DNA from: Naegleria gruberi | Lineage: Eukaryota | Reading direction: 5' to 3' (one strand) | Assembly (NCBI GenBank): GCA_000004985.1 | Contig: GG738876.1 | DNA length: 64,000 nt | Shown here: positions 18,127 through 28,835 of the stretch, piece by piece | Layout: each line of letters starts with the position of its first letter | Position numbering within the stretch: position 1 is the first letter of the stretch | Notes under the pieces: generated by a model | Seen by the model: only the letters and a program-made list of their open reading frames with translations | What the model was told of the DNA's origin: nothing | Databases searched by the model: none | Position numbers and translations under genes: made by a program

Positions 18127-20919
18127 ATGTCTCTAAAGGAACCAATGACTTCTTGCGTTCCTGATGCTCTCCAAAGTGTATTGCCGTCATCTCATCAACA
18201 CAAAGCTGGTGATGGTATGATTTGTAATAGGAATGATATTGTTCCAAATTTCAATCATGTTCTTCAACAGGGAACAAGAACATGTGGCCAAATTTCTATC
18301 ATAGACAACAGTAAAAATTCAAACAAACATTTAAGTGAAGAGTTCCTACAACAACATCCAAAGTCCTTGTTTGGCATACATGCCAATAGTAATTTTCTTT
18401 ACTGTCATAATCAATTTGATGATGGTGCCAAAGAAATTACTTGTAACAATATGTTCAATAGACCAAACACATGTACAGAGACCCAAATAAGACAATCAAT
18501 AATCTCGAAGGAAATGGAGATGCATGACAACACAATGGACACTGCTCTTCCTCCATTACGATTTAACATAACTGACCTTAATGAATCAAATTCACCACAT
18601 TTGTCGAGATGCAGCCTACAGCAAAAAATTGAAGTATCCTTCACAAGTCAAAAGTTGAAAGATGAATCAAGAAGATCACCACCAACCTCACAAGGTGCAT
18701 CATCATGCATAACTAGGAATAATAGAGAACCAAATGCAAACTCTGACCTTGCATCTTTAAATATGGAAAGTTCAAACTACAGACCCCTACCTTACGAATA
18801 TGTTCCATCTGTACAGTCAAGCCTTAAATCAGAACCGCTAACAACCAAACATAACATTTACAGAGGAGGAAAAACAAATCTGTCACCACCTGATTTAGGT
18901 ATCACGACTAACAATGATACAACGCTCAATTCTCTAAGGTCGCCTCCCCAACGCCAACAACAACAAGACCAGCACCAAGAGCAAAATCATTCTTTGGGAA
19001 CTCGGGATGATCAGCAAGTAGTCAACGACACAAACAGAACCACCAAATATTCATTTCAACAAATGCAAAAACAACCACCTCTGGTAGAGATGAATCCTGT
19101 CGCTAGTGGTGGATCTTTTGCAACTAAGCAGCTTAGTACTCCTCCTACTCGTAACAACAACAACAATACAAGTACTCATAGTATGATGAGTCAGAGTAGT
19201 TGTACTCCAATTGCTTCTTCAAATCCTCTCTATTCATATAATCATCAACAATCCGCATCTCTTAATAACACTTGCCCACCACCTGCTAATTCATCAGCTC
19301 ATAATCCTCCTTACAGCAATAATAATTTGCTCATGGTATCACAACCACACCATAATTCCTACAGAAATCTTCCTTCAACAATATCACGTGCTTCAACAGC
19401 AACAGGATCAACACTCAGAGATCATGATACAGTGATACAAAGTTCAGCCTCTTCCCTACTACTCCTATCAGAACAAAAACAACCATCTTATATTGGTGGT
19501 GGTTTGATAGCTAATGATTCCGCTAGAAGTTTAGAAGCTGTTGCTGCTGTTCCTGTTGCCCAGGGCTGTACTAGTGAGAGAATCCCTACAACCCAATCAT
19601 CCTTGCATTATTCATCCATTCCACACTCTTCCTCTTCTTTACTGGGCAAAAAGCAAAGAATGACTTCAACAATAACTGCGAGTACTAATATTCCTCAATC
19701 ATCTTTGAACGCTCCTCAACAACCAACTAATCCTCTCTCCAATAATAATTCAATCAAACCTCACCAAACAACTAATATTAAGTTTCATCTCCTTGATGAT
19801 CCAAATCTTAAACAAGATGAGCATAGAAGCAATTTTGTAAGAATTGATGAGGAACAGATACGAAAAGTATTCCATCTTACTCAGAGACAAGCAGCTGCTT
19901 TTTTAGGAGTTAGTTTATCTACACTCAAAAGACGATTCTATGAAATGAGAGAAAGTTTAGGAATGGATAAGTGGCCTACTACAGCAAATGGTACTACAAC
20001 AATACCAGCAACACAAACTAGTGCATGTGTTGTTGGCCCAACCAATTCATCTTCGAGTAATTTGAGTAACAACAATGCAACTTCAAGAAATAATAAGGGG
20101 TCTAGAAAGAATTCTCTTCAATCTGATCAAACTTTGAATATTCCAACAACTCCTCTTACGAATTTGAATGATAATCATTCCTCCTATCATATTGATCCAT
20201 ATAACAATGCTTCCTCCCGTAGAACATCAGTAACTTCTCAAGACGAGTTTACTTATCAAAAAATTGGAACACCACATAATGGAAATTCCTCAATAATGAA
20301 TCAAAATAATCATTCTTCGTATTTACCTCAATCAACAAATAATCTCCCTGCTGTAAATATTTCACTTCCTCCAATAGTTACTTCCCCTTATTCTAACCCA
20401 ACTTCAAAACCCCAACTTCCAAACAATGATAGTCTCGACAATTTTCTTTCTAGGTATGCTCCTAAATCTTTCGATGATATTGCCCAAGATTCTGACAAGT
20501 GCCTTCCAGTTTCAACCACTTTAAAGAGAAGAACCAATGTTTTTGGGCAAGGTCATGATCCAATTCTTATTGCTAAAATGTTTTCTGAAGAGACAACAAC
20601 TAGTAATTCAAGAAAAAGATCCTATCCAAATATTTCTACAATTGAAAATAAGGAATTTGAGAAGGACAGTTACTCATCTCAATTACCAAGACATTCCAGT
20701 TTCAGTAGTCAAGGAAGTATGGATGGCTCATTTGAACCACCAAGAAAAGTCAACAAGGCATTCCCAATTAATAAGAGAGGAAGCACAGACGAAAATGCAG
20801 AACCAAAAACAAATAATCCATCCAACATGAGTTTTATCCTCAATGAAGGAGTTAAGGACCCAACTCATCTTGATAAGGAAGAATGGAATACACTAATGGA
20901 AGCATTTAAAAAACAATAA
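18127..20919 (+). CDS. large low-complexity protein with a C-terminal RWP-RK-like domain (KWP variant); putative transcription regulator
   Basis: 930 aa, single exon. The candidate domain is EEQIRKVFHLTQRQAAAFLGVSLSTLKRRFYEMRESLGMDKWP. Compare the RWP-RK core L..FHL...AA..LGV..T.LKR.CR..GI.RWP: this copy has a 4-aa insertion and K in place of R. The rest is S/T/N/Q/P-rich. Confidence 0.55.
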   Translation: MSLKEPMTSCVPDALQSVLPSSHQHKAGDGMICNRNDIVPNFNHVLQQGTRTCGQISIIDNSKNSNKHLSEEFLQQHPKSLFGIHANSNFLYCHNQFDDGAKEITCNNMFNRPNTCTETQIRQSIISKEMEMHDNTMDTALPPLRFNITDLNESNSPHLSRCSLQQKIEVSFTSQKLKDESRRSPPTSQGASSCITRNNREPNANSDLASLNMESSNYRPLPYEYVPSVQSSLKSEPLTTKHNIYRGGKTNLSPPDLGITTNNDTTLNSLRSPPQRQQQQDQHQEQNHSLGTRDDQQVVNDTNRTTKYSFQQMQKQPPLVEMNPVASGGSFATKQLSTPPTRNNNNNTSTHSMMSQSSCTPIASSNPLYSYNHQQSASLNNTCPPPANSSAHNPPYSNNNLLMVSQPHHNSYRNLPSTISRASTATGSTLRDHDTVIQSSASSLLLLSEQKQPSYIGGGLIANDSARSLEAVAAVPVAQGCTSERIPTTQSSLHYSSIPHSSSSLLGKKQRMTSTITASTNIPQSSLNAPQQPTNPLSNNNSIKPHQTTNIKFHLLDDPNLKQDEHRSNFVRIDEEQIRKVFHLTQRQAAAFLGVSLSTLKRRFYEMRESLGMDKWPTTANGTTTIPATQTSACVVGPTNSSSSNLSNNNATSRNNKGSRKNSLQSDQTLNIPTTPLTNLNDNHSSYHIDPYNNASSRRTSVTSQDEFTYQKIGTPHNGNSSIMNQNNHSSYLPQSTNNLPAVNISLPPIVTSPYSNPTSKPQLPNNDSLDNFLSRYAPKSFDDIAQDSDKCLPVSTTLKRRTNVFGQGHDPILIAKMFSEETTTSNSRKRSYPNISTIENKEFEKDSYSSQLPRHSSFSSQGSMDGSFEPPRKVNKAFPINKRGSTDENAEPKTNNPSNMSFILNEGVKDPTHLDKEEWNTLMEAFKKQ

Positions 20920-21163
20920 AGCATAATACGCTTTAATATATTTTGTTTTAATTCTTGTAATGATTCATTACAAAAAACAACACTCTTCAAAACCTACCTT
21001 TATTGAGGCGAAATTGTGGTATTACCCTGATTTGTAACTTTCATTTGAAGATGAAATTACCGTTTATCGGCGCCTTCAACAAAAATCAATAGCCAAAAAA
21101 AAACGTTACCTACAAGCAAAAAGACTCTCACAGTTGTAGACAACACGTTAAAGATTCTTTTTC

Positions 21164-23236
21164 ATGTCATCAACAATGAACAACAGCAACAGGGAGGAGG
21201 TAACGCCTCTGATACAGAACACTACTAGTGTAGTATCATCAACATCGATAAATAATGGCAATTATCAACAACAAGACACAACACTGATTAGGAGGAATGT
21301 ATCTCCTTCTACATTAAAAAGAGCTGATATTGGAAAAGACTATTATACAGACAATCATAGTAATCGCTCTAGCTCTAGTGATTTATCTAACCTCGAGAAA
21401 CAACCAATTTACAAAGCTAAAGGAACTAAAAAACAAAAATTTCTATTCCATTTCTTTAATATTTCATGCCCACTTTTCATTGTAGTACTGGTTGCTTTAG
21501 GACTGGGAGTGGGATTGATTTTTATACTGTCGAGGACACAAACTGAAGTACAACCAACTGGTACTAGGGCCGCTGTGGCAAGTGATAGTACGATTTGTTC
21601 CGAAATGGGATTGAAAGTCATAAAGGAAAAGAAAGGAAATGCTGTTGATGCAGCCATTGTAGTTGCTTTATGTTTGGGTGTCACTAGACCATTTGCTAGT
21701 GGAATAGGTGGAGGTGGATTTATTACTATTTTCATGAATGAAACAAAGACTGTGGATTTTATTAATTCAAGAGAAACTGCTCCTAGTGCTGCCAGTCAGG
21801 ATATGTATGAAAATAATTATGATGAAAGCGTATTTGGTGGAAAGTCCATTGCTGTTTATGGAGAAATTAGAGGATTACATACAGCTCACAAACTCTATGG
21901 TAAATTACCTTGGAAGGAGTTATTCACTGATGTTATCAATATTGCCAGAAATGGTTGGATTGTTGAGCCGTTGTTGGCTGTGCGATTATCACAGGATGAT
22001 ATTCTTAAATTCCCAACATTGGTACAATTTACAACCATTGGTTCTGATGGAAAGAGAAGAGTTTATCATGAAGGTGAATTAATTAAGAGAACTGATTTGG
22101 CAAATACTTTGGAGAAAATTGCTTCAGATGGTCCAAACATTCTCTATGAAGGTCCAATTGCTCAAAAGATTGTAGAAGAAATACAACAACAAGGTGGCAT
22201 TATTACATTGGATGATTTGAAGAACTATCAACCTGAAAGACCTTTCTATGATGAAAATCCAATTATTTCTCAAAAAGACATGACATTGGAATTGAATGAT
22301 TTTAAGGTGATTTTACCTCCACCACCATCTGCTGGACCTGTTATCAAGTTTATTTTGAGTATTTTGAATAATTTCAAGATTGGTGATAATTCACCAATGG
22401 GTCTTAACTATCACTATATTTTGGAAGCTTTGAAATTTGGATTTGGACATAGATCCAATCTAGGAGATGTTAATTTCTTACCTAAGGAAAATGTTACAAA
22501 ATATATCATTAATCAATTACTAAGTGATAGTTATGCCTCTAGTATTGCATCTGAGAGGGTTTCTCCATCAAGAACATTCCCATGGTCACATTATTATTCA
22601 GATAATTATGCACCTGTTAAGGATAAGGGTACATCCCATTTCTCTGTTATTGATGAAGATGGAAACTCTGTTGCCATGACCACTACAGTCAACCATAACT
22701 TTGGAAGTAAGGTTGCTAGTGCATCAACAGGTATTGTCTTTAATAACCAAATGAATGATTTCACAGTAGATCTTCACAAACCAAATCAATTCGGATTACC
22801 ACCATCTGCAGCTAATGTTATTGCTCCAGGCAAACGACCATTGAGCTCAATGTCACCTGCTATTTTCCTTGATAAGAGTGGAAATAGGGTCAAGTATATT
22901 ATTGGAGCTTCAGGAGGACCAACAATTATCAGTGCAATTATTGAAGTTTTTTATTCAATTGAAAAGTTTAAAGTCCAACCAAATCTCGCAGTTGCACTTC
23001 CAAGACTTCATGCTCAACCTGGTTCAGATGTAGTCAAAATGGAAGAGGGTTTCAATAGACAAGTTATCACTGCTCTACAAGAAAAGGGACATACCTTTGA
23101 ACCTGTTCAAATTCTTCCAGATGGCCATACTATAGGATGCTGTCAAGTCATTCAAGTTAGCAGCACTGAAAATGACCAAAATCTTTTCCTTCCTGGAACA
23201 GATCCAAGAAAATTAGGTAGTCCCGCTTGCTTTTAA
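21164..23236 (+). CDS. gamma-glutamyltranspeptidase (GGT, Ntn-hydrolase), type II membrane anchored
   Basis: 690 aa. N-terminal signal-anchor FHFFNISCPLFIVVLVALGLGVGLIF. Autocatalytic and catalytic region TSHFSVIDEDGNSVAMTTTVNHNFGSKV. PLSSMSPAIF and GASGGPTIISAI motifs are typical of GGT. Confidence 0.85.
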   Translation: MSSTMNNSNREEVTPLIQNTTSVVSSTSINNGNYQQQDTTLIRRNVSPSTLKRADIGKDYYTDNHSNRSSSSDLSNLEKQPIYKAKGTKKQKFLFHFFNISCPLFIVVLVALGLGVGLIFILSRTQTEVQPTGTRAAVASDSTICSEMGLKVIKEKKGNAVDAAIVVALCLGVTRPFASGIGGGGFITIFMNETKTVDFINSRETAPSAASQDMYENNYDESVFGGKSIAVYGEIRGLHTAHKLYGKLPWKELFTDVINIARNGWIVEPLLAVRLSQDDILKFPTLVQFTTIGSDGKRRVYHEGELIKRTDLANTLEKIASDGPNILYEGPIAQKIVEEIQQQGGIITLDDLKNYQPERPFYDENPIISQKDMTLELNDFKVILPPPPSAGPVIKFILSILNNFKIGDNSPMGLNYHYILEALKFGFGHRSNLGDVNFLPKENVTKYIINQLLSDSYASSIASERVSPSRTFPWSHYYSDNYAPVKDKGTSHFSVIDEDGNSVAMTTTVNHNFGSKVASASTGIVFNNQMNDFTVDLHKPNQFGLPPSAANVIAPGKRPLSSMSPAIFLDKSGNRVKYIIGASGGPTIISAIIEVFYSIEKFKVQPNLAVALPRLHAQPGSDVVKMEEGFNRQVITALQEKGHTFEPVQILPDGHTIGCCQVIQVSSTENDQNLFLPGTDPRKLGSPACF

Positions 23237-23803
23237 TAAATACCTTTTAAGGTGTATAGGATTCTTTATAATTTCTCATCTGGTCAGAGATTCCTCAATT
23301 GCACATTTGCAACACTCTTGTATTAGAAAGGAGAATATTGAATAAGGATGTTGTCGTTGTTTTCATTGAGATAGAGATTAGAATTTTATTTGTGAATGTA
23401 AAACAAGGTAATTTTAGAGTCAATAAGGATGAGTTGAAAGAGATAGAGCTACTATGCGATTGTATCTTGATTTTCATGGATCCTGATGGTTTATGAAAAA
23501 ACCGAACTGGTATTTTGAAAATTGACCAAATTCGAATGCATATCCCAAAACACATTATCTTTCGACATTAATGGTCCATTACATCAATTCAATAAATACG
23601 AATCAAAGTCTCGCTTTAAATTGTACTATCACAATCCATCAAAATGTGTGTTTTTTTAACGCGACACGAATTGGATCCCTACATGTAATTCCATCTCTTC
23701 ACTGGTTTAGATACCATTCAATTACGATTTTTGTGAGCCCACACCACTTGTTTCTATTGAGTTTTTTACCTTGTACAGTCGAAAAAAACACCACAACACA
23801 ATA

Positions 23804-25480
23804 ATGTTCCAATCTCAAATACCTTCTCAACAACTCTCAGCGATATGTATGAGAGAACAACAATCTCAACAGCCACAACAACATTATCCTAGAGATGCAT
23901 TAGAACTAAATCAACGATTCAAGGATCATCAACAATTTAAAGGTGATCATCCTTTTCATCACAAAGAGCTAGATTCATTAATTTATCAACAACCTCAACA
24001 ATACAATAAGGAAGATTTTGCTTTTCAAAACTCAGAAAACACTACAGCTCCATTAAATGTGATGGCAGTAATTTCAACAAGTTCCTCAATAGAACCAAGG
24101 TTAAGACTGGACATGTACAACAATGCATCTGGCCATTCCTCCTCGCAAGCGGCCACAGATTCAATCAAAATGGAAACAAAACAAGAGCTACCCATGCAGA
24201 TGCTCAATAAGGATAACAAAAATTCTCTCATAACCATGAGCACAACTCCCCATACTAATATTAACAGCAATAACCAACATGCAACTAATTTATTTCAACA
24301 TCATGTGAACATGCAGAATAATAACCATTCAGCTTCACCTATGAACCATCACCATTCTACAGATTCGATATCCTCACTCAATCATAATACTACAACATGT
24401 AAACAAAATTCTCAAAATTCCTCATGTCACATCCAACCATCCACTCAACAACAACCCTTCTTCCACAATTCACAGCCAATTAATCAAGAGACGCAACCAC
24501 AACAAAACACAGTTCAAGACAATTCAAAAAATAGGCCACAAAGGAGAAATAGTAACAGCTCCTGTTCTCCAAAGAAACGAACCACATTTGGGATGTCTAA
24601 TCATTATCAACAACAACATGTTGGTGGCACATCAGTAAGAGGTGATGGTGGCCAACAATCTTACATGCCATTTAATGCTTCTCCATCCAAATATAATAAC
24701 AATTTAAACACATCTACATGTGGTGAAATAATATCGAATAGCAATGGAACCACTTCTGAATATCATCAATTTATGAACAATAATTATTCATTGCAACAAC
24801 GAATTGAAACATCATCTCGATCAACAACTTCCCTACAAAATGTTTCTCCAATGCATGCTCAAAAGTCCGTGCAAGTTTCACCACCTCCATCTTCAAACAA
24901 CAGCACCACCACATTCAACATTCAACAGGAAAAGATTAAAAAACCAAGAAAAACCATCAAGAGAAAGTATCAATTCAAGAATGTCAAGTCAGGAGAGAAT
25001 GTTAGATCTAATTCCTCAAGTCCATCTTCTCCATCCTCCTCTCAGAATCAACATTCTAATGATTCTAAATGTAATTCCATTGAGACTGTATCCTATTATA
25101 CAACTACAGATGGAAAGGAATTGGATTTAACTGGCTATTATCAACATCAATTACAGTATACAACTTTTGATTTCTATAATAATTCATCAGTATCAATTGT
25201 AAAGGCAAATCCAACCTTTGATGTAAAGAGTTTCAAGAGGAGTGTTGATTCAATTTCAAAGGATGAATTACTCAGAGTTTTACATTTAACTCAACAACAG
25301 GCGAGTACAATATTGGGCTGCAGTGTTTCAACCATTAAAAGAAGATTTTATGGTTTGAGAAACGAGTTGGGTTTAACCAAGTGGCCAAATAATTACTTTG
25401 AATATAGTCATATGAAATTGTTTGAGGAGATTTATCCACTTTCCTTAAACTTTATTTTGAATAAGGGTGAGAGCAGATAG
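23804..25480 (+). CDS. paralogous low-complexity protein with C-terminal RWP-RK-like (KWP) domain
   Basis: The track ORF starts at a TTG at 23771; the first ATG is 23804 (MFQSQIPSQQ...). The C-terminal block is KDELLRVLHLTQQQASTILGCSVSTIKRRFYGLRNELGLTKWPNNYFEY. It is collinear with the domain of the 18127..20919 protein. Confidence 0.55.
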   Translation: MFQSQIPSQQLSAICMREQQSQQPQQHYPRDALELNQRFKDHQQFKGDHPFHHKELDSLIYQQPQQYNKEDFAFQNSENTTAPLNVMAVISTSSSIEPRLRLDMYNNASGHSSSQAATDSIKMETKQELPMQMLNKDNKNSLITMSTTPHTNINSNNQHATNLFQHHVNMQNNNHSASPMNHHHSTDSISSLNHNTTTCKQNSQNSSCHIQPSTQQQPFFHNSQPINQETQPQQNTVQDNSKNRPQRRNSNSSCSPKKRTTFGMSNHYQQQHVGGTSVRGDGGQQSYMPFNASPSKYNNNLNTSTCGEIISNSNGTTSEYHQFMNNNYSLQQRIETSSRSTTSLQNVSPMHAQKSVQVSPPPSSNNSTTTFNIQQEKIKKPRKTIKRKYQFKNVKSGENVRSNSSSPSSPSSSQNQHSNDSKCNSIETVSYYTTTDGKELDLTGYYQHQLQYTTFDFYNNSSVSIVKANPTFDVKSFKRSVDSISKDELLRVLHLTQQQASTILGCSVSTIKRRFYGLRNELGLTKWPNNYFEYSHMKLFEEIYPLSLNFILNKGESR

Positions 25481-25650
25481 CATGCTTTGCATGTGTTGAA
25501 TATTCAGATGTTAGTTTCGTTAACATCCATGCGTTACCTGAGCATGCATGATCATTATGCATGAGAACGACGTTGTATAGTGAATCTAAGATGCATGAGA
25601 TACTTGCATCATGTATGCAGGCTGAATCTCAAAATTAAGTTGGTTTGATT
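25481..25650. promoter_or_regulatory. (T)GCATG / CATGC-rich palindromic cluster in the shared 3-prime region of two convergent genes
   Basis: At least 8 copies of GCATG or TGCATG sit within about 140 bp, for example gcatgc, tgcatg, ccatgcg, gcatgcatgatcattatgcatg, gatgcatgag, gtatgcagg. The surrounding intergenic DNA lacks the motif. UGCAUG is a known RNA-binding-protein site class. Confidence 0.35.
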
Positions 25651-25898
25651 CTCATACTATAGGTCAGAGATATTCCAAAAAAAAAGAGTTCATTAAAGCC
25701 GTAATTTTCTAGAAATCGAAAAACCACATGTGGTTTTATACAATGAGCATGTCACCTGCTTATGGATAAATACTTGTCTTCAATACGAGTGAATCCTGCT
25801 TGTAAAGAAAAACTAATACCACTTCGGCATCAAGTGACTTTTTGATATTCATCCAGCACCAGGAAAGACTAAGAACCTTACAGATACAAATCACATAT

Positions 25899-28276
25899 TC
25901 ATTTACTCATATCAATGGAAATATCATCAGTGAGGGTTTGGGTGCTGTGTGTAGAGATAGATGAAATACTCTCTCTTATCTTTTTGATAGCAAAGTCTAG
26001 TAAACCAACGATTGGAAAATCAAGCCATATTTTCTCATCATTATTCATTTCGTTTGTCCATAGAATCAATCTTTGAAGGAGGAATGATTTTTCTTCACTA
26101 GAAATTTGGGATGGATTAGTAAGGCATTTGGAGAGCTCTTGCCTTAGTTCTATCCTCTCTTTATCACATGGTTCAATATAGATTGGTAAAGTGAGCATTG
26201 AGACAGACTCTCTAAATTGGTTTCCTAATTCAAAGTGTTGGACATAGTACCTTCTTGGTGAGTTAGAATCAATGGCCCAGTAAAGGGTATGCGTTCCCTC
26301 TAAGCCTTTGAGCTCAAAATTACCCATATTATCAAAGTGAATCTGTCCATCTTGGACTAGTTCTTTAAATTGCTCTAGTTCGTCTTTGAAAGTCGTAATA
26401 AAAGGAGTATCTTTAGGCAGACTATTGGTAGATGAAAGAGCTGTGGCGCGGTGCTTAATAAAACTTTGGACATCTGAACTGACATATACTCTACCACCAT
26501 GTGATTTGCTTTCAGTTCTTGCAGCTTGGTTGACTGCAGTGCCAAAGTAATCATATCTCTTGGTGGTTGGGTCAAATTGGGATTCAATTTCTTTTCCAAA
26601 GTGAACGCCCATTTTAACTCTTGGTCCTTTGTAAATAATTTCATTATTCCACTTGACTTCTTTCATGTCTGGAAATTCCAACATTTCAGGTGTCCAATGT
26701 CCTTTCAATAAGCCGTTTTGAATAGCAAAACAGCAACCTAGTGCTTCTATTGGATCATTGAATGCGATCATAAAACTGTCTGATTGGGTTTTCACTTCAT
26801 ATCCTTTAAACTTTCGAATATTTTCTCGCACTATTCTATGGTGAATGGCCAATACTTTCTTCATCAAATCTGAATCTAAAGTCCACATTAAGGATGAATT
26901 TTGTATGTGAGTGAAAACAATGCAAATAGGAGCTACTTTTGGAGCTAGACGATTTTCTCTCTTTCTAATCGAATTCTTTCTAACAACCCATCCAATCAAG
27001 AACACAAAAATTCCAACCAATAATATTGCAATAGTAAAACTGACAACACTGATGGAAATAATGAATTCGTTTCTCTTCTCAATTGGTAATACAGGCTCAG
27101 CAGTCCAAGCTTTCCACTTGGCTGTATTGTTTGGGTTTGATAACCACTTACAAGCAGCATCTTCTAAAGTCATTGAATTGTAAGCAACATATCCCATCAT
27201 GGTTACTTGATCTCTACCTCTATAATTCAAATTTTTAAGAAAGTTTTGAACACTTGAAGAGAGAGAAGAGACAGCACTCGTTTGGAGCTTACTATATGTT
27301 GACAAAGGGTAATCACAATCAACCAATCCATTGGCAATATTGTGAGCTGTATGACAGCTATCAGTAAATTGAGGAAGATAGATTCTAGATGGTGGATTAG
27401 GTCTACTGAATAATTGATGTGGAAACCAAAAATATGAAACCATCTCTTTTCGTTGTTGTTGAGCGTTTTGTAAATTTTCAATGAGATAGGTTTCAGTATC
27501 ATTATCAGGTGCATATTCCAACTGCAAATTCAACTTTAAATTCTTGATAATCTGATCATCATAATTCACCCAAGTTTTAGAGCCACTGACCATTCTTGTC
27601 ATGTTTGAAAGTCTAAAGTATCTGTAGTTATTTTGAACTGCATCCTTCATGAAATTTGGAATGAAAAACCCAATTTGGCCACTCGGACCCAAATCGCCAA
27701 TGTCTGTAATATGTTTACCATTAACCACATATTTTCTAAGATGAAAAGATTACTTGTTAGAAAGATCAGCGCATGCACTTACTTGTAATTTTCAAAGTTA
27801 GATAATTTCCAGTATTCTAACAACGCAATTGGACGTGTGGCTCCTTCCTTTTCCATAAGTTCCAAAGAATCCACAATATTTAGTTTTAAAATATCAACGC
27901 AAACTCCTAATTTTTCCTCGAGTATTATTGTTGCAAGAGCATTATTCATCGAGCTCGCCAGCCAATTATTTTCAATAAGAGTTATTCTTGGTGAAAAAGA
28001 GGAACAGTGGCTTGAAGATGCATCTTCAGGTAGACAACTGGCAACTGTTTTTCTAGTCGACGAAATATGTTGATACTGATGGGTTTGCATGTTTTCCAAT
28101 GGCGATCCACTCACAAAATAATAAGTTTCGTAATCGTGATTGTCAAGCTTATCAGCACCAATAAACATGCTAATAACAAATACAAAAAGTATTAATTTTG
28201 TGATAATGGATAATCTGGACCGTTTCCAATAATGTAATCCAACAAAACTACTACTACTAATATTCCTCGTAATCAT
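25899..28276 (-). CDS. receptor-type class III adenylyl cyclase, paralog 1: signal peptide, about 390-aa extracellular domain, 1 TM, catalytic domain; 2 exons 28276(or 28516)..27783 and 27735..25899
   Basis: The catalytic domain shows the adenine-specifying Lys in KGYEVKTQSDSFM and Asp in KRYDYFGTAVNQAARTES, which suggests ATP rather than GTP specificity. TM helix is FTIAILLVGIFVFLIGWVV. Exon 1 carries a hydrophobic signal-like segment (LSIITKLILFVFVISMFIGA). Intron 27782..27736 is 47 nt, GTAAGT...CTTAG, phase 2, with a CTAAC branch. The junction reads ...LEYWKLSNFENY-K-KYVVNGKHITDIGDLGP. The start codon is ambiguous: in-frame ATGs lie at 28516, 28276 and others. Confidence 0.7.
26590..26990. 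repeat. about 400-bp segment nearly identical at nucleotide level to 31160..31560 in the paralogous cyclase gene
   Basis: One run is 100% identical: ctcttggtcctttgtaaataatttcattattccacttgacttctttcatgtctggaaattccaacatttcaggtgtccaat, at 26616..26698 versus 31187..31269. The flanks are about 90% identical. The rest of the two genes is much more diverged. This fits gene conversion between tandem paralogs. Confidence 0.6.
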
Positions 28277-28835
28277 AATATTCAATATAAAATAGCAAAT
28301 CCACCACATAATTCTCGAATCAAACATGATAAAATCACAATATGAAATTTCATCCATTTGTATTTCAAACTTTCTTTGATTAATCGTGTATTCATCATCT
28401 CCTACTTCTTGTTCATTCCGTCTTCCCTCCAGAAGCAGCATTAATACGTTGTTGTTGCCAGCACAAGTTGTATCGGAAAGAACATGTTTGCCCATTTTTT
28501 TTCGTTCTCTCGTCATGTAAGATCGTGATGCCTAGCCTTATCTTCTTTTTTATACCAAATCCAGCTTGCGCGCCAAAGATTCTCTCATTACAGCGAATTT
28601 AGAGAGTTTCATTAAGGAAATGATGCAATAGAATATTGTGTTATTTATTTGTAATGGATTATATTCTATCATCTCCCAGTGCAGTTCTTCGACATTTCGT
28701 TTATATTGAATTGAAAGAAGTATTTATGCTTGAAGTATAGATAACTTACAATTTTGTAACTTTTAAATTCTGAATGAGTTGAGTAATGTTGTGATCGAAA
28801 ATGAACTTTTTTTCTAAAAATAAAAATATAAAAAA

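Noticed and set aside
26375-26711. ORFs 26375..26644 (−) and 26526..26711 (+), with conserved counterparts 31030..31218 and 31073..31357 in the second cyclase gene
   Set aside because: Their apparent conservation is a side effect of the near-identical nucleotide patch shared by the paralogous cyclase genes. They lie in other frames or on the other strand of a well-supported catalytic-domain CDS.
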